Assembly: GCA_945897075.1 (NCBI GenBank)
Contig: CAMDEX010000003.1
Location: 1,940-65,939, forward strand
Length of the DNA: 64,000 bases
Source: Litorilinea aerophila
GTDB taxonomy: Bacteria; Chloroflexota; Anaerolineae; Caldilineales; Caldilineaceae
Direction of reading: 5' to 3'
The position numbers were made by a program, and so were the translations under genes. Position 1 is the first letter of the stretch, and each line of letters starts with the position of its first letter. The notes below the pieces were generated by a model, which was given only the letters and a program-made list of their open reading frames with translations, had not been told where the DNA came from and did not search any database. This document shows positions 14,956-23,677 of the stretch, piece by piece.

Positions 14956-17238
14956 TCACCCTATACCCGACGCGACAAGTAAGGATTCTGGTTTGCGTTT
15001 TCGTTGCCAGTTGTCTGCTTCGCCTGTTGACGGGTGTAACACCGGCGCCACAAACACCTGTGCGTCATAAAAGCACGCGCCGCCGCCCATATCCGCCTCG
15101 TCCTGGCGCGTAATCTGGTTGATGTTGCGCCCATCCGGGCTGTGGCTGGCCCACCAGATTCCGGGGGCCAGCACAGTGCCGGGGATCAGATCGTCGGTCA
15201 CCCGCGCCGTCAGTACAACTTCCCCCAGCCCATTCCACACCCGCACAGTGTCGCTATCCCCAATCTGCCGCGCCGCCGCATCCAGCGGGTGCATCTGCAA
15301 CACCGGCTCTTTCTCCCGTCCGCGCAGCCGATCCACCACCCCAAAAGAGGTGTTGAGAAAGGAGTGGGCGGGGGGAGAGATGCAGATCAGGGATTGGGGA
15401 TTGGGGACTGGCGACTGGGTTGCTGACGACGAAACTTCTTCCCAATCCCCAGTCCCCAGTCCCCGTTCCCCAATCCCCGATCCCGGCAGCGGATCATACC
15501 CATCCGCCGCCATGCGCTGGCTGTAAAATTCGCATTTGCCGCTGGGGGTGGGATAGTTGCCCTGGGCAAAGGGCAGGTAGGGGTCGGGCAGGTTGAGCCG
15601 GGCGAAACCGTCAGCCAGAAGTGTGTCCCAGCCGCAGGTGGCAAATTCAGGCCGGGTCTGGGCCTCGATGAGCGTGCGCAGAATCGTCTCGTCGTCCTCG
15701 CGAAAGCAGCCGTCGCTGTAGCCCAGCGCCCCGGCCAGGCGGCGAAAAATTTCGCTGTTGGGCAGGCTCTGGCCCAGCGGCGCAATGGCTGGGCGGTTGA
15801 GGGAGAGGTAGTTATGGCCGTAGGCCCGGTGCAGATCCCAGTGTTCCAATTGGGTGGTGGCGGGCAAAATGTAGTCGGCGTAGTTGGCGGTGTCGGTCTG
15901 GAACTGTTCCAGGACAACAGTGAAAAGGTCTTCGCGCCCCAAGCCCGCCAGCACAGCGGACTGGTCCGGGTTGGCCGCGGCCGGGTTGGCGTTGTAGACG
16001 ACCAGCGCCTTCAGCGGCGGGCCGATCTCCGCGCCGGTGGGGATGGCGTCAATCGGGCGCGGGCGGTAGTGGGAAAGGGCAATGCGCGCCGGGTCCAGAG
16101 CGAGAGCGTCGCCCAGCCGGTTCATATTGATCGTGCGCGCTGTGGGGTCGCGGCGCAGATCGGGCCGTTGCAGACCCGTCACATCCAGGCGGCGGAAGCC
16201 GCCGCTGGCGCTGAGTTGGATGCCGCCACCGCGCTCCCGCCAGCTCCCCACCAGCGCGGGCAGGCAGGCGACTGTGCGCATCGCCATCCCGCCGCCGGCG
16301 TGACGCTGCATCCCGTAGTTGATGCGGATGGCCGCGGGGCGGGTGGTGGCATATTCCACAGCCAGGGAGCGAATGCGGGCCGCCGGGATGCCGGTAATGG
16401 CTGCGGCTCGCTCCGGTGTCCACTCTCGCACTCGCTCGGCCAGTTGTTCGTAGCCGACGGTGTACTTGTCCACATAATCAGCGTCGTGCAGAGTCTCCCC
16501 AATAATTACGTGCATCATTGCCAGGGCCAGCGCGCCGTCCGTGCCGGGGTGGATGGGCAGCCACTCGTCCGCTGCTCTGGCTGTGCGGGTGCGGGCGGGA
16601 TCGATGACGATCACCCGCGCCCCCTCTTTGCGCGCCGCCTGGATGAACTGCCAGAGGTGCAGATTGCTGGTCAGGGTATTGCTACCCCAGATCAGAATCA
16701 GGCGGGCGTGGGCGAAATCTTCCGGCGCTGTGCCCAGCGTTGCGCCCAACGTATACAGATAGCCCTCGAAACCCGCCTCCGAACAGATGGTGCGCGCCAG
16801 TTTGGACGCGCCTAGCCGATTGAAAAAGCGGGCGGCCATGCCCTCGCCCTGCAAATAGCCCAGCGTGCCGCTGTAGGAGTAGGGCAACACCGCCTGGCTG
16901 CCCCACTCCTCAACGATAGCGGAGAGGCGGTTGGCAATCTCGCCCAACGCCGTACCCCACGTCACTGGCTCGAAGCGCCCGCTCCCTTTCGGCCCAACCC
17001 GGCGCAGGGGCGTCGTCAGTCGCCCGCTGTGGTAGGTGCGCTCCAGATAGCGGTCCACCTTGCCACACAGCGCGCCCTGGGTGATGGGGTGGCTGGCGTT
17101 GCCCCAAATGGCGATGGCCGCGCCGCTTTCCCGCTGCACAGCCACCTGCCAGGAACAGGTGTCTGGGCAGTCGTGCGGACATGCCCCAGTGACAACACGC
17201 ACGGATGGGTCGTTGGCGTAGAATTCAAGACGGGACAT
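14956..17238 (-). CDS. molybdopterin-dependent oxidoreductase (MopB/DMSO-reductase superfamily, substrate unknown)
   Basis: Start refined to the ATG at 17238 ([11 protein letters not shown].., SD GGAGGG 8 nt upstream); the ORF-track start at 17379 reads through a repeat. 4Fe-4S motif [11 protein letters not shown]. Molybdopterin-binding core, and a C-terminal MGD-binding barrel ([34 protein letters not shown]). Confidence 0.9.
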   Translation of the reverse strand: MSRLEFYANDPSVRVVTGACPHDCPDTCSWQVAVQRESGAAIAIWGNASHPITQGALCGKVDRYLERTYHSGRLTTPLRRVGPKGSGRFEPVTWGTALGEIANRLSAIVEEWGSQAVLPYSYSGTLGYLQGEGMAARFFNRLGASKLARTICSEAGFEGYLYTLGATLGTAPEDFAHARLILIWGSNTLTSNLHLWQFIQAARKEGARVIVIDPARTRTARAADEWLPIHPGTDGALALAMMHVIIGETLHDADYVDKYTVGYEQLAERVREWTPERAAAITGIPAARIRSLAVEYATTRPAAIRINYGMQRHAGGGMAMRTVACLPALVGSWRERGGGIQLSASGGFRRLDVTGLQRPDLRRDPTARTINMNRLGDALALDPARIALSHYRPRPIDAIPTGAEIGPPLKALVVYNANPAAANPDQSAVLAGLGREDLFTVVLEQFQTDTANYADYILPATTQLEHWDLHRAYGHNYLSLNRPAIAPLGQSLPNSEIFRRLAGALGYSDGCFREDDETILRTLIEAQTRPEFATCGWDTLLADGFARLNLPDPYLPFAQGNYPTPSGKCEFYSQRMAADGYDPLPGSGIGERGLGTGDWEEVSSSATQSPVPNPQSLICISPPAHSFLNTSFGVVDRLRGREKEPVLQMHPLDAAARQIGDSDTVRVWNGLGEVVLTARVTDDLIPGTVLAPGIWWASHSPDGRNINQITRQDEADMGGGACFYDAQVFVAPVLHPSTGEADNWQRKRKPESLLVASGIG
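15388..15485. repeat. palindromic STR hairpin (GGGGAYT / ARTCCCC heptamers) located in frame inside the molybdopterin oxidoreductase CDS
   Basis: cagGGATTGGGGATTGGGGACTGGCGACTGGG-ttgctgacgacgaaacttctt-CCCAATCCCCAGTCCCCAGTCCCCGTTCCCCAATCCCCGATCCC. Translated on the minus strand as [31 protein letters not shown]. Confidence 0.9.
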
Positions 17239-17254
17239 GGCTATACCCTCCGGG

Positions 17255-17337
17255 TGGGATAGGAGATTGGGGATCGGGGATTGGGTAGTAACGACGAATC
17301 CCCAATCCCCAGTCCCCAATCCCCAGTCGCTAATCGC
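17255..17337. repeat. palindromic STR hairpin (GGGGAYT family) in the 5' leader of the molybdopterin oxidoreductase gene
   Basis: TGGGATAGGAGATTGGGGATCGGGGATTGGG-tagtaacgacgaat-CCCCAATCCCCAGTCCCCAATCCCCAGTCGCTAATCGC. The loop shares ACGACGAA with the intragenic copy. Confidence 0.9.
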
Positions 17338-17403
17338 AACTCGCCCGCTGAGTGTACCAGCAGTGGAGGGCGTTGGCAAAAGGCAATTCTCCAGCGTTGC
17401 TTC

Positions 17404-17418
17404 TGTGCAAGTTGCACA
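17404..17418. promoter_or_regulatory. 15-bp perfect palindrome in the divergent Mo-oxidoreductase / glnA control region
   Basis: TGTGCAAgTTGCACA. Confidence 0.4.
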
Positions 17419-17489
17419 AGAAAAGTGATATATGTATGGACAGATGTAACAATAGCATTTTTGTACATTTGTTTGTATAATTCTTCACG

Positions 17490-17505
17490 ATGTCCGTGGG
17501 GACAT
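17490..17505. promoter_or_regulatory. 6-bp inverted repeat with 4-nt spacer ~65 nt upstream of glnA-1, just after a TATAAT hexamer
   Basis: ATGTCCgtggGGACAT. ttgtataat lies at 17473-17481. Confidence 0.3.
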
Positions 17506-17569
17506 CTATTGGTTTTTTAGGGTAGGCAGATGGCATCATCTGTAGTCATCCAGGAAAGGAATTCCGCAC

Positions 17570-18985
17570 ATGCCTTTGAACTGTACTTCTGCGGCGGATG
17601 TGGCGCAGGCCGTTGAGGAAAATGGCATTCAGATTATCGATCTGCGTTTTACTGACGTCTACGGCCAGTGGCAACATTTTTCGCTGCCGGTGGAAGCCTA
17701 CGACGAGGACGACCTCTTCAAGAATGGCCTGGGCTTTGACGGCTCGTCCATCCGCGGCTTCAAATCAATCGAGAGCAGCGATATGCTCTTGGTCAGTGAT
17801 CCAAAAACAGCCTTCATCGATCCCGTGACCGAGCATCCCACACTTTGTCTGATCGGCAATGTCATTGACCCGATCACAAAGCAGCCCTTTGACCGCGACC
17901 CGCGCAATGTGTTGATGCAGGCCGACGCCTATATGAAATCAACCGGCATCGCCGACACCGCATTTATGGGGCCGGAATCCGAATTCTTCATCTTTGACCA
18001 GGTGAAGTACGAGACGGGCCGCTACTCGGCCAGCTATGCGGTGGACAGCGTGGAAGCTCCCTGGAATTCGGGTGAATGGAGTTCCGGCCACAAAGTGGGC
18101 TACAAAGCCGGCTACTTCCCGGTCTCCCCCTACGACACCCTGCAGGATGTGCGTTCGGAGATGGTGCGCACAATGATCAACGCGGGTCTGCCCATCGAAA
18201 AGCATCACCACGAGGTCGCCACCGCCGGCCAGACCGAAATCAACCTGCGCCCCCGCCCTATGCTGCAACAGGCCGACAATGTACAGTTGTACAAGTACAT
18301 TGCCAAGAATGTGGCTCTGCAATACGGCAAGACGGCGACCTTCATGCCCAAGCCCCTCTTCGAGGACAACGGCTCCGGTATGCACACCCACCAGAGCCTG
18401 TGGAAAGATGGCAAACCCCTCTTTGCCGGTGACAAATATGCCGGTGTCAGCCAGGAAGCCATCTGGTACATCGGCGGCATTCTGAAGCACATCAACAGCC
18501 TGCTGGCCTTCTGCGCCCCCACCACCAATAGCTACCGCCGTCTGGTGCCTGGCTACGAAGCGCCCGTCGTCATCGCCTATTCGGCCCGCAACCGCTCGGC
18601 TGCCTGTCGCATTCCGGTGGGTGCCGATTCGCCCAAATCCAAGCGCATCGAGTTCCGCTGCCCGGACCCGGCGGCCAACCCCTATCTGGCCTTTGCCGCG
18701 ATGGTGATGGCCGGTCTGGACGGTATCAAAAACCAGATCGACCCCGGCCTGCCCTCGGAAATGGATCTCTTCGAGGGCGAGACTCTCAAGCACGTACGCA
18801 CGGTGGAGGGTTCTTTGGACGCTGTGTTGAAGGCGCTGGAAGCCGACAACGACTACCTCACGGCTGGCGGCGTCTTTAGCCAGGGTCTTTTGGACACGTA
18901 TATCAGCACCCGCCGCCTGGCGGACGTGGACGCTGTGCGTCTGCGCCCCCATCCCCACGAGTATGTGATGTACTTCGGCGTCTAA
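17570..18985 (+). CDS. glnA: glutamine synthetase, type I
   Basis: 471 aa. Typical GSI blocks (FTDVYGQWQHF, GFDGSSIRGF, GPESEFFIFD, NGSGMHTHQSLW, NSYRRLVPGYEAPV, RIEFRCPDPAANPYL). Confidence 0.95.
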   Translation: MPLNCTSAADVAQAVEENGIQIIDLRFTDVYGQWQHFSLPVEAYDEDDLFKNGLGFDGSSIRGFKSIESSDMLLVSDPKTAFIDPVTEHPTLCLIGNVIDPITKQPFDRDPRNVLMQADAYMKSTGIADTAFMGPESEFFIFDQVKYETGRYSASYAVDSVEAPWNSGEWSSGHKVGYKAGYFPVSPYDTLQDVRSEMVRTMINAGLPIEKHHHEVATAGQTEINLRPRPMLQQADNVQLYKYIAKNVALQYGKTATFMPKPLFEDNGSGMHTHQSLWKDGKPLFAGDKYAGVSQEAIWYIGGILKHINSLLAFCAPTTNSYRRLVPGYEAPVVIAYSARNRSAACRIPVGADSPKSKRIEFRCPDPAANPYLAFAAMVMAGLDGIKNQIDPGLPSEMDLFEGETLKHVRTVEGSLDAVLKALEADNDYLTAGGVFSQGLLDTYISTRRLADVDAVRLRPHPHEYVMYFGV

Positions 18986-18996
18986 GGATGTTTCTA

Positions 18997-19060
18997 CCTT
19001 CCGGGAAGCGGCCAGAACAACTTCCCTACGCCTTTGATTTTGTGGCCGCTTCCCGGAAGG
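18997..19060 (+). other. 17-bp perfect inverted repeat with 30-nt loop just after glnA-1
   Basis: ccttccgggaagcggcc ... ggccgcttcccggaagg. Confidence 0.7.
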
Positions 19061-19093
19061 TTGATTCCTAAACTTCCATCTGTTGAAAATTCA

Positions 19094-19130
19094 AGAGAGC
19101 AGCAGCGTCAGGCTGCTGCTCTCTTTTTTC
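19094..19130 (+). terminator. intrinsic terminator between the two glnA genes
   Basis: agagagcagcagc-gtcag-gctgctgctctct followed by TTTTTTC. Confidence 0.85.
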
Positions 19131-19197
19131 TGGCGGCAATGGCCTTTCGGTGATACAATTGAGTTATCTTTGTCGGGTATAGCAGACGGGGGCAAGC

Positions 19198-20559
19198 ATG
19201 CAAAGCGAGGCAATAGCAAGCGAAAAACGCCGGCAACGGTTGGCCGCCATTGATGAAGTTGTCAAGCGTGCGGACATTCGTTTCGTGCGTCTTCAGTTCA
19301 GCGATATTGTGGGCAGCGCCAAACAGGTGACCATCCCCATCAGCCATTGGGACGATGCGGTGGAAAACGGCGTCTGGTTCGACGGCAGCGCGGTGGAAGG
19401 CTTCGCCCGCGTGGCCGAGAGCGATATGTATCTGGTCGTCGATCTGGAAACCTTCGCCCCCATTCCCTGGGAGATGGAGCTGTCCACGGCGCGGGTGATC
19501 TGCGATGTCTACACGCCGGACGGCACGCCTTTTGTGGGCGACCCCCGTTTTGTGCTGAAACGCCAGTTGGAGCGGGCCGCCCAGATGGGCTACGAATTTA
19601 TGATCGGCCCGGAAGTCGAGTTCTTCCTCTTTCGCCCCCACCGGGATGGCGCGCTGCTCCCTTTGCAGCCCCACGACGAAGCAGGCTATTTCGACGTTAG
19701 CACCGATCTCTCGCACAGCGTGCGCCGCCAGATGATTGATGCACTGGCCGCGCTGGGCATCAAAATCGAGGCGTCCCATCACGAAGTCGCCAGCGGGCAG
19801 AGCGAAATTGACTTTCAGTACGGCCCTGCGCTCTCCATCGCCGACTATACAATGACAGTGCGCATGACGCTGAAGGCCATCGCCCAGAAGAACGGTCTGC
19901 ACTGCACTTTCATGCCCAAACCCATCACAGGCATCAACGGTTCCGGTATGCACGTTCACCAGAGCCTGTGGCACAAAGGCGAGAACCGGACGGCGATGTA
20001 CGACGCCGAGAACGATTACGACTTGAGCCAGCTTGCGCTCCATTTTATCGCCGGCCAGTTGGCACACGCCAAAGCCATGACGTCAATTTTGGCCCCGCTG
20101 GTCAACAGCTACAAACGGCTGGTGCCGGGCTACGAAGCGCCGGTCTACATCTCGTGGGGGCGCACCAACCGCAGCGCGCTGATCCGCATCCCGCGCGCCT
20201 CGCGTGGACGCGCCCAAAGCACCCGTTGCGAGCTGCGCTGCCCAGACCCCAGCGCCAACCCCTACCTAGCCTACGCAGTCATGCTGGCTGCCGGGCTGGA
20301 CGGCATCGAACAGCGTATGACCCCGCCCGCGCCGACGGAAGAAGACCTCTTTCAGGTGGACGGAGAACGGACTGGCCTGGAAATGTTGCCCGGCAGTCTG
20401 GGCGATGCGCTGGATGCGTTGAAAGAGGATGTCGTCATCCAGGAAGCCCTGGGCCAGCACGTCTACGAACGCTACGTGGAGGCCAAGCGTCTGGAGTGGA
20501 ACGACTACCGGATTTTTGTGACCCAATGGGAGTTGAACCGCTATTTGACGATCTATTGA
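19198..20559 (+). CDS. glnA: glutamine synthetase family protein, second type-I paralogue (shorter, alpha-like)
   Basis: 453 aa. FSDIVGSAK, FDGSAVEGF, GPEVEFFLF, NGSGMHVHQSLW, NSYKRLVPGYEAPV, CELRCPDPSANPYL. Confidence 0.9.
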   Translation: MQSEAIASEKRRQRLAAIDEVVKRADIRFVRLQFSDIVGSAKQVTIPISHWDDAVENGVWFDGSAVEGFARVAESDMYLVVDLETFAPIPWEMELSTARVICDVYTPDGTPFVGDPRFVLKRQLERAAQMGYEFMIGPEVEFFLFRPHRDGALLPLQPHDEAGYFDVSTDLSHSVRRQMIDALAALGIKIEASHHEVASGQSEIDFQYGPALSIADYTMTVRMTLKAIAQKNGLHCTFMPKPITGINGSGMHVHQSLWHKGENRTAMYDAENDYDLSQLALHFIAGQLAHAKAMTSILAPLVNSYKRLVPGYEAPVYISWGRTNRSALIRIPRASRGRAQSTRCELRCPDPSANPYLAYAVMLAAGLDGIEQRMTPPAPTEEDLFQVDGERTGLEMLPGSLGDALDALKEDVVIQEALGQHVYERYVEAKRLEWNDYRIFVTQWELNRYLTIY

Positions 20560-20560
20560 T

Positions 20561-20646
20561 AGGGGACTGGGGATCGGGGATCGGGGATTAGGCGGACTGC
20601 TCCGATCCCCGCTCCCCAGTCCCCTATCCCCTATCCCCTATCCCCA
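20561..20646. repeat. palindromic STR hairpin (GGGGAYT family) between glnA-2 and xpt
   Basis: AGGGGACTGGGGATCGGGGATCGGGGATTAGG..loop..CCGATCCCCGCTCCCCAGTCCCCTATCCCCTATCCCCTATCCCC. It starts 1 nt after the stop codon. Confidence 0.9.
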
Positions 20647-20667
20647 ACTGACCGAAGGAGAGTCGCG

Positions 20668-21258
20668 GTGAAAGCACTGGTCGAACGCATCCGCAAGGAA
20701 GGGCGCAATTTGGGGCGGGGTATCTTGAAGGTGGACGGCTTTATCAACCACCAACTGGACCCGGTTCTGACCACAGCGATGGGCCAGGAATTTGCCCGGC
20801 GCTTCTCTGCGGCCGGTGTGGAAAATGTGACAAAAATTGTCACGGCGGAGGTGAGCGGCATTGCCCCCGCGCTGACCGCGGCGATCGTCTACGGCGTGCC
20901 GGTGGTCTATGCTCGCAAACACCGCCCCATCACAATGCCCGACGGCTTCTACTCCTCTGCCGCGCCCAGCCACACCAAAGGCGGCATTGTCCAATTGATG
21001 ATCTCGCCGGAATACCTGACCGCGAGCGACCGGGTGCTGCTGATTGACGACTTCCTCGCCACAGGCAAGACGATCTCGGCGCTGGCAGATGTCATCGGCC
21101 AGTGCGGGGCCACCCTTTGCGGCATTGGCTGTCTGGTGGAGAAATCCTTCGAGTCTGGCCGCCAGCGGCTGGAACATCTGGGCGTGCCGATTGTCACCCT
21201 CGCCATCATAGACAGTATGGAAGGCGACACTATCGTCGTGCGCGATCCAACAGCCTGA
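20668..21258 (+). CDS. xpt: xanthine phosphoribosyltransferase
   Basis: GTG start with SD GAAGGAGAG. LKVDGFINHQLDP...VTAEVSGIAPAL...VLLIDDFLATGKT PRPP-binding motif. Confidence 0.9.
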   Translation: MKALVERIRKEGRNLGRGILKVDGFINHQLDPVLTTAMGQEFARRFSAAGVENVTKIVTAEVSGIAPALTAAIVYGVPVVYARKHRPITMPDGFYSSAAPSHTKGGIVQLMISPEYLTASDRVLLIDDFLATGKTISALADVIGQCGATLCGIGCLVEKSFESGRQRLEHLGVPIVTLAIIDSMEGDTIVVRDPTA

Positions 21259-21291
21259 CCCCAGTTGGGTAATCTGAAAATAGCCGTCGTA

Positions 21292-21391
21292 GGTCGGACT
21301 GGTAGTCCGACCGGAATTTTCGTCGTCACCGGTGTCCGCCGGGCATGTCGCCTGCTCAGAAGTTCGACTTTTTCTGAAAAGTCGGACTTCT
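21292..21391. repeat. two related small hairpins (GTCGGACT / AGTCCGAC core) in the xpt to ABC-F spacer
   Basis: ggtcggactggtagtccgacc (21292-21312) and agaagttcgactttttctgaaaagtcggacttct (21358-21391). Confidence 0.7.
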
Positions 21392-21409
21392 TCCTATTCA
21401 GAACGGGTG

Positions 21410-21418
21410 TGATATAAT
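21410..21418 (+). promoter_or_regulatory. candidate extended -10 promoter (TGATATAAT) upstream of the ABC-F gene
   Basis: gggtgTGATATAATcgg, ~88 nt upstream of the ATG at 21506. Confidence 0.35.
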
Positions 21419-21505
21419 CGGCTTTGTCTGTTCAAGTGTATCTGACCAGTCCACGGCACTTTCTGTCTTTGTGCGCGTTGGGCTGTCCTTGCAGAGGTCT
21501 GATCG

Positions 21506-23479
21506 ATGAGTCTGCTGGTCGGCAATCAGCTTGCCAAAAGTTATGGCGCTAACGATGTGTTTGAAGGCATCGACGTGCGCATTGAACACGAAGATCGCAT
21601 CGGTTTTGTCGGCTCCAACGGCTCCGGCAAGACGAGTTTGCTGCGCATTCTGGCCGGCGTGGAAGCCAGCACCGCCGGCCAGATTTTTGTCGCGCAGAAC
21701 ATCCGTCGCGGCTATCTGCCCCAGGACCCGCCTCCTGCCGGCGAGCAGACGCTCTACGAAGATCTGCACGGGATATTCGAAGCTTTGCTGGCCCAGGGCG
21801 AGGAATTGCGCCGTTTGGAAGCCCAGATGACCGACCCGGCCACCAGCGAGGCGGAACTCAACCACATCCTGGCCGACTACGGCCACAAGCAGGAAGCCTT
21901 TGAGCAGGCGGGCGGCTATACGATTGATCAGCGCGTCAAAAGCGTCCTCAGCGGCCTGGGGCTGGAAGAAGAACTTTGGCACAAACCCCTGGCCTATTTG
22001 AGCGGCGGCCAGCGTACCCGCGCCCTGCTCGGCCGTCTGCTGCTGGAAGAACCGGACCTGCTCCTGCTGGACGAGCCGACCAACCATCTGGACGTGCGTT
22101 CGGTGGAGTGGCTGGAAGGCCAGCTCCTGGCCTGGAAGGGCGCGCTCCTCGTCGTCTCCCACGACCGCTACTTTCTGGATACGGTAGCTACCCGTATGTG
22201 GGAGATGACCCACCACCGGCTGGAAAGCTACCGGGGCAACTACAGCCACTTTCGCCAGCAGCGCAGCGACCGCCTGGAGCGTTGGCGCAAGGAATACGAA
22301 CAGCAGCAGGAATTTATCCGCGAGACCGAAGATTTTGTGCGCCGTTACAAAGCGGGCCAGCGTTCAAAGGAAGCCCAGGGGCGGGAGACCCGGCTGCAAC
22401 GCTTTTTGGAGACAGAAGCGCTGCCCCCGCCCCCGTTGGATCAGCGCATCCGCCTGCCGCTGCGCACAGACATCCGCAGCGGCGATCTGGTTCTGCGCAC
22501 GCGCAAACTGCTCGTGGGCTATCCGGCCAGCGACGGCAACGGCAGTGGACCCACACCGATCCTGACTGTGCCCGACCTGGACTTGCGCCGCGGGCAGATT
22601 ACGGCGCTGATTGGCCCTAACGGTGCGGGCAAAACGACGCTGATTCGCACGCTTTTGGGCGAATTGGAACAGTTGCAGGGCACTTTTCAACTGGGCGCAG
22701 GGGTGGAGATCGGCTATCTGGCCCAACGGCATGTGGGCGCGGGTTTCGGTCTGATGGATTCCGACCAGACGGTTCTCAACGCGTTGCTGGAGATCAAAAA
22801 CCTGCCCCTGGAACGCGCCCGCACCTTTTTGGGCCAGTTTCTTTTCAAGGGTGACGACGTATTCAAGTCCATTGACAGCCTCTCCGGCGGCCAGCGCAGC
22901 CGCATCGCCCTGGCCCGCTTGACCCTACAGGGAGCCAACTTTCTGCTCCTGGACGAGCCGACCAACCATCTGGACCTGGACAGCCAGGAGATTTTGCAGG
23001 ACGCATTGCAACAATTCAGCGGCACGATTCTGCTCGTGACCCACGACCGGGCGCTGGTGGATGCCCTGGCCACCGAACTCTGGATTGTGGAGCCGGGGGA
23101 AGGCGGCGCGCCCAGCCGCATGGAGGTTTTCGGGGGGACGTGGCGGCAGTGGATCAACGAGCGCAACGGACAGATGGCCGCCGCAGAGGGCGCAGCCGCC
23201 AAGCCAGCCGTGGCTGATCAAAACCAGCGCGAACAGCAGCGCACAGAACGCCGTCAACGCCAGACCTCCGCCCGCCGCCAGGCCGATTTGGATGATCTGG
23301 AAGCGCAGATACACCGCATGGAAGCGCGCGTGGCCGAGTTGGAAGAGCAGATGGCCGCGGCCAGCCAAACCCAGGATTATGCACGGGCACAGGCCATCAG
23401 CGCCGAACACCAGGCCGTGCGCCACCGGGTGGAAGAACAAATGGAACGCTGGGCAGAGATGGCGGAGTCGGTGGTGTGA
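21506..23479 (+). CDS. ABC-F family ATPase (two ABC domains plus C-terminal coiled coil; EttA/Uup-like)
   Basis: 657 aa. Walker A twice (GSNGSGKTS, GPNGAGKTT) and signature twice (LSGGQRTR, LSGGQRSR). No transmembrane domain. Charged C-terminal tail. Confidence 0.9.
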   Translation: MSLLVGNQLAKSYGANDVFEGIDVRIEHEDRIGFVGSNGSGKTSLLRILAGVEASTAGQIFVAQNIRRGYLPQDPPPAGEQTLYEDLHGIFEALLAQGEELRRLEAQMTDPATSEAELNHILADYGHKQEAFEQAGGYTIDQRVKSVLSGLGLEEELWHKPLAYLSGGQRTRALLGRLLLEEPDLLLLDEPTNHLDVRSVEWLEGQLLAWKGALLVVSHDRYFLDTVATRMWEMTHHRLESYRGNYSHFRQQRSDRLERWRKEYEQQQEFIRETEDFVRRYKAGQRSKEAQGRETRLQRFLETEALPPPPLDQRIRLPLRTDIRSGDLVLRTRKLLVGYPASDGNGSGPTPILTVPDLDLRRGQITALIGPNGAGKTTLIRTLLGELEQLQGTFQLGAGVEIGYLAQRHVGAGFGLMDSDQTVLNALLEIKNLPLERARTFLGQFLFKGDDVFKSIDSLSGGQRSRIALARLTLQGANFLLLDEPTNHLDLDSQEILQDALQQFSGTILLVTHDRALVDALATELWIVEPGEGGAPSRMEVFGGTWRQWINERNGQMAAAEGAAAKPAVADQNQREQQRTERRQRQTSARRQADLDDLEAQIHRMEARVAELEEQMAAASQTQDYARAQAISAEHQAVRHRVEEQMERWAEMAESVV

Positions 23480-23484
23480 AAAGA

Positions 23485-23611
23485 GACGTGAGACGTGAAG
23501 GCGTGAAACGTGAAGGCGTGAAACGTGAAGGCGTGAAACGTGAAACGTGAAACGTGAAACGTGAAACGTGAGATCAATTGATGATCTCACGTCTCGCGCT
23601 TCACGTTTCGC
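23485..23611. repeat. asymmetric palindromic STR hairpin (GTGAAAC 7-mers and GTGAAGGC 8-mers)
   Basis: The left arm has ~12 units, including a 15-nt super-unit GTGAAGGCGTGAAAC x3 followed by GTGAAAC x4. The loop is gagatcaattgatgatctc. The right arm is only ~3 units (CACGTCTCGCGCTTCACGTTTCG). Confidence 0.9.
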
Positions 23612-23677
23612 TGCGGAGAATTGACTCTGTTGCAAACAGAACTGTCAACCTTTCAGTTAGGAGAGATACATTCGTAT

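Noticed and set aside
14956-17238. Calling the molybdopterin oxidoreductase an assimilatory nitrate reductase because it is divergent from glnA.
   Set aside because: The [11 protein letters not shown]-type Fe-S motif and the overall sequence do not let me assign a substrate. Adjacency to glnA alone is not evidence.
17239-17379. N-terminal extensions given by the ORF track for several genes (starts at 17379, 25969, 29098, 40680, 46276, 63087, 61970, 28208).
   Set aside because: The extensions run through repeat elements or the neighbouring gene. In each case an internal ATG with a Shine-Dalgarno sequence, or an ATGA overlap, coincides with the start of homology.
20560-20667. Purine riboswitch upstream of xpt.
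   Set aside because: The 108-nt spacer is almost entirely a GGGGAYT repeat hairpin. None of the conserved purine-riboswitch core sequence is visible.
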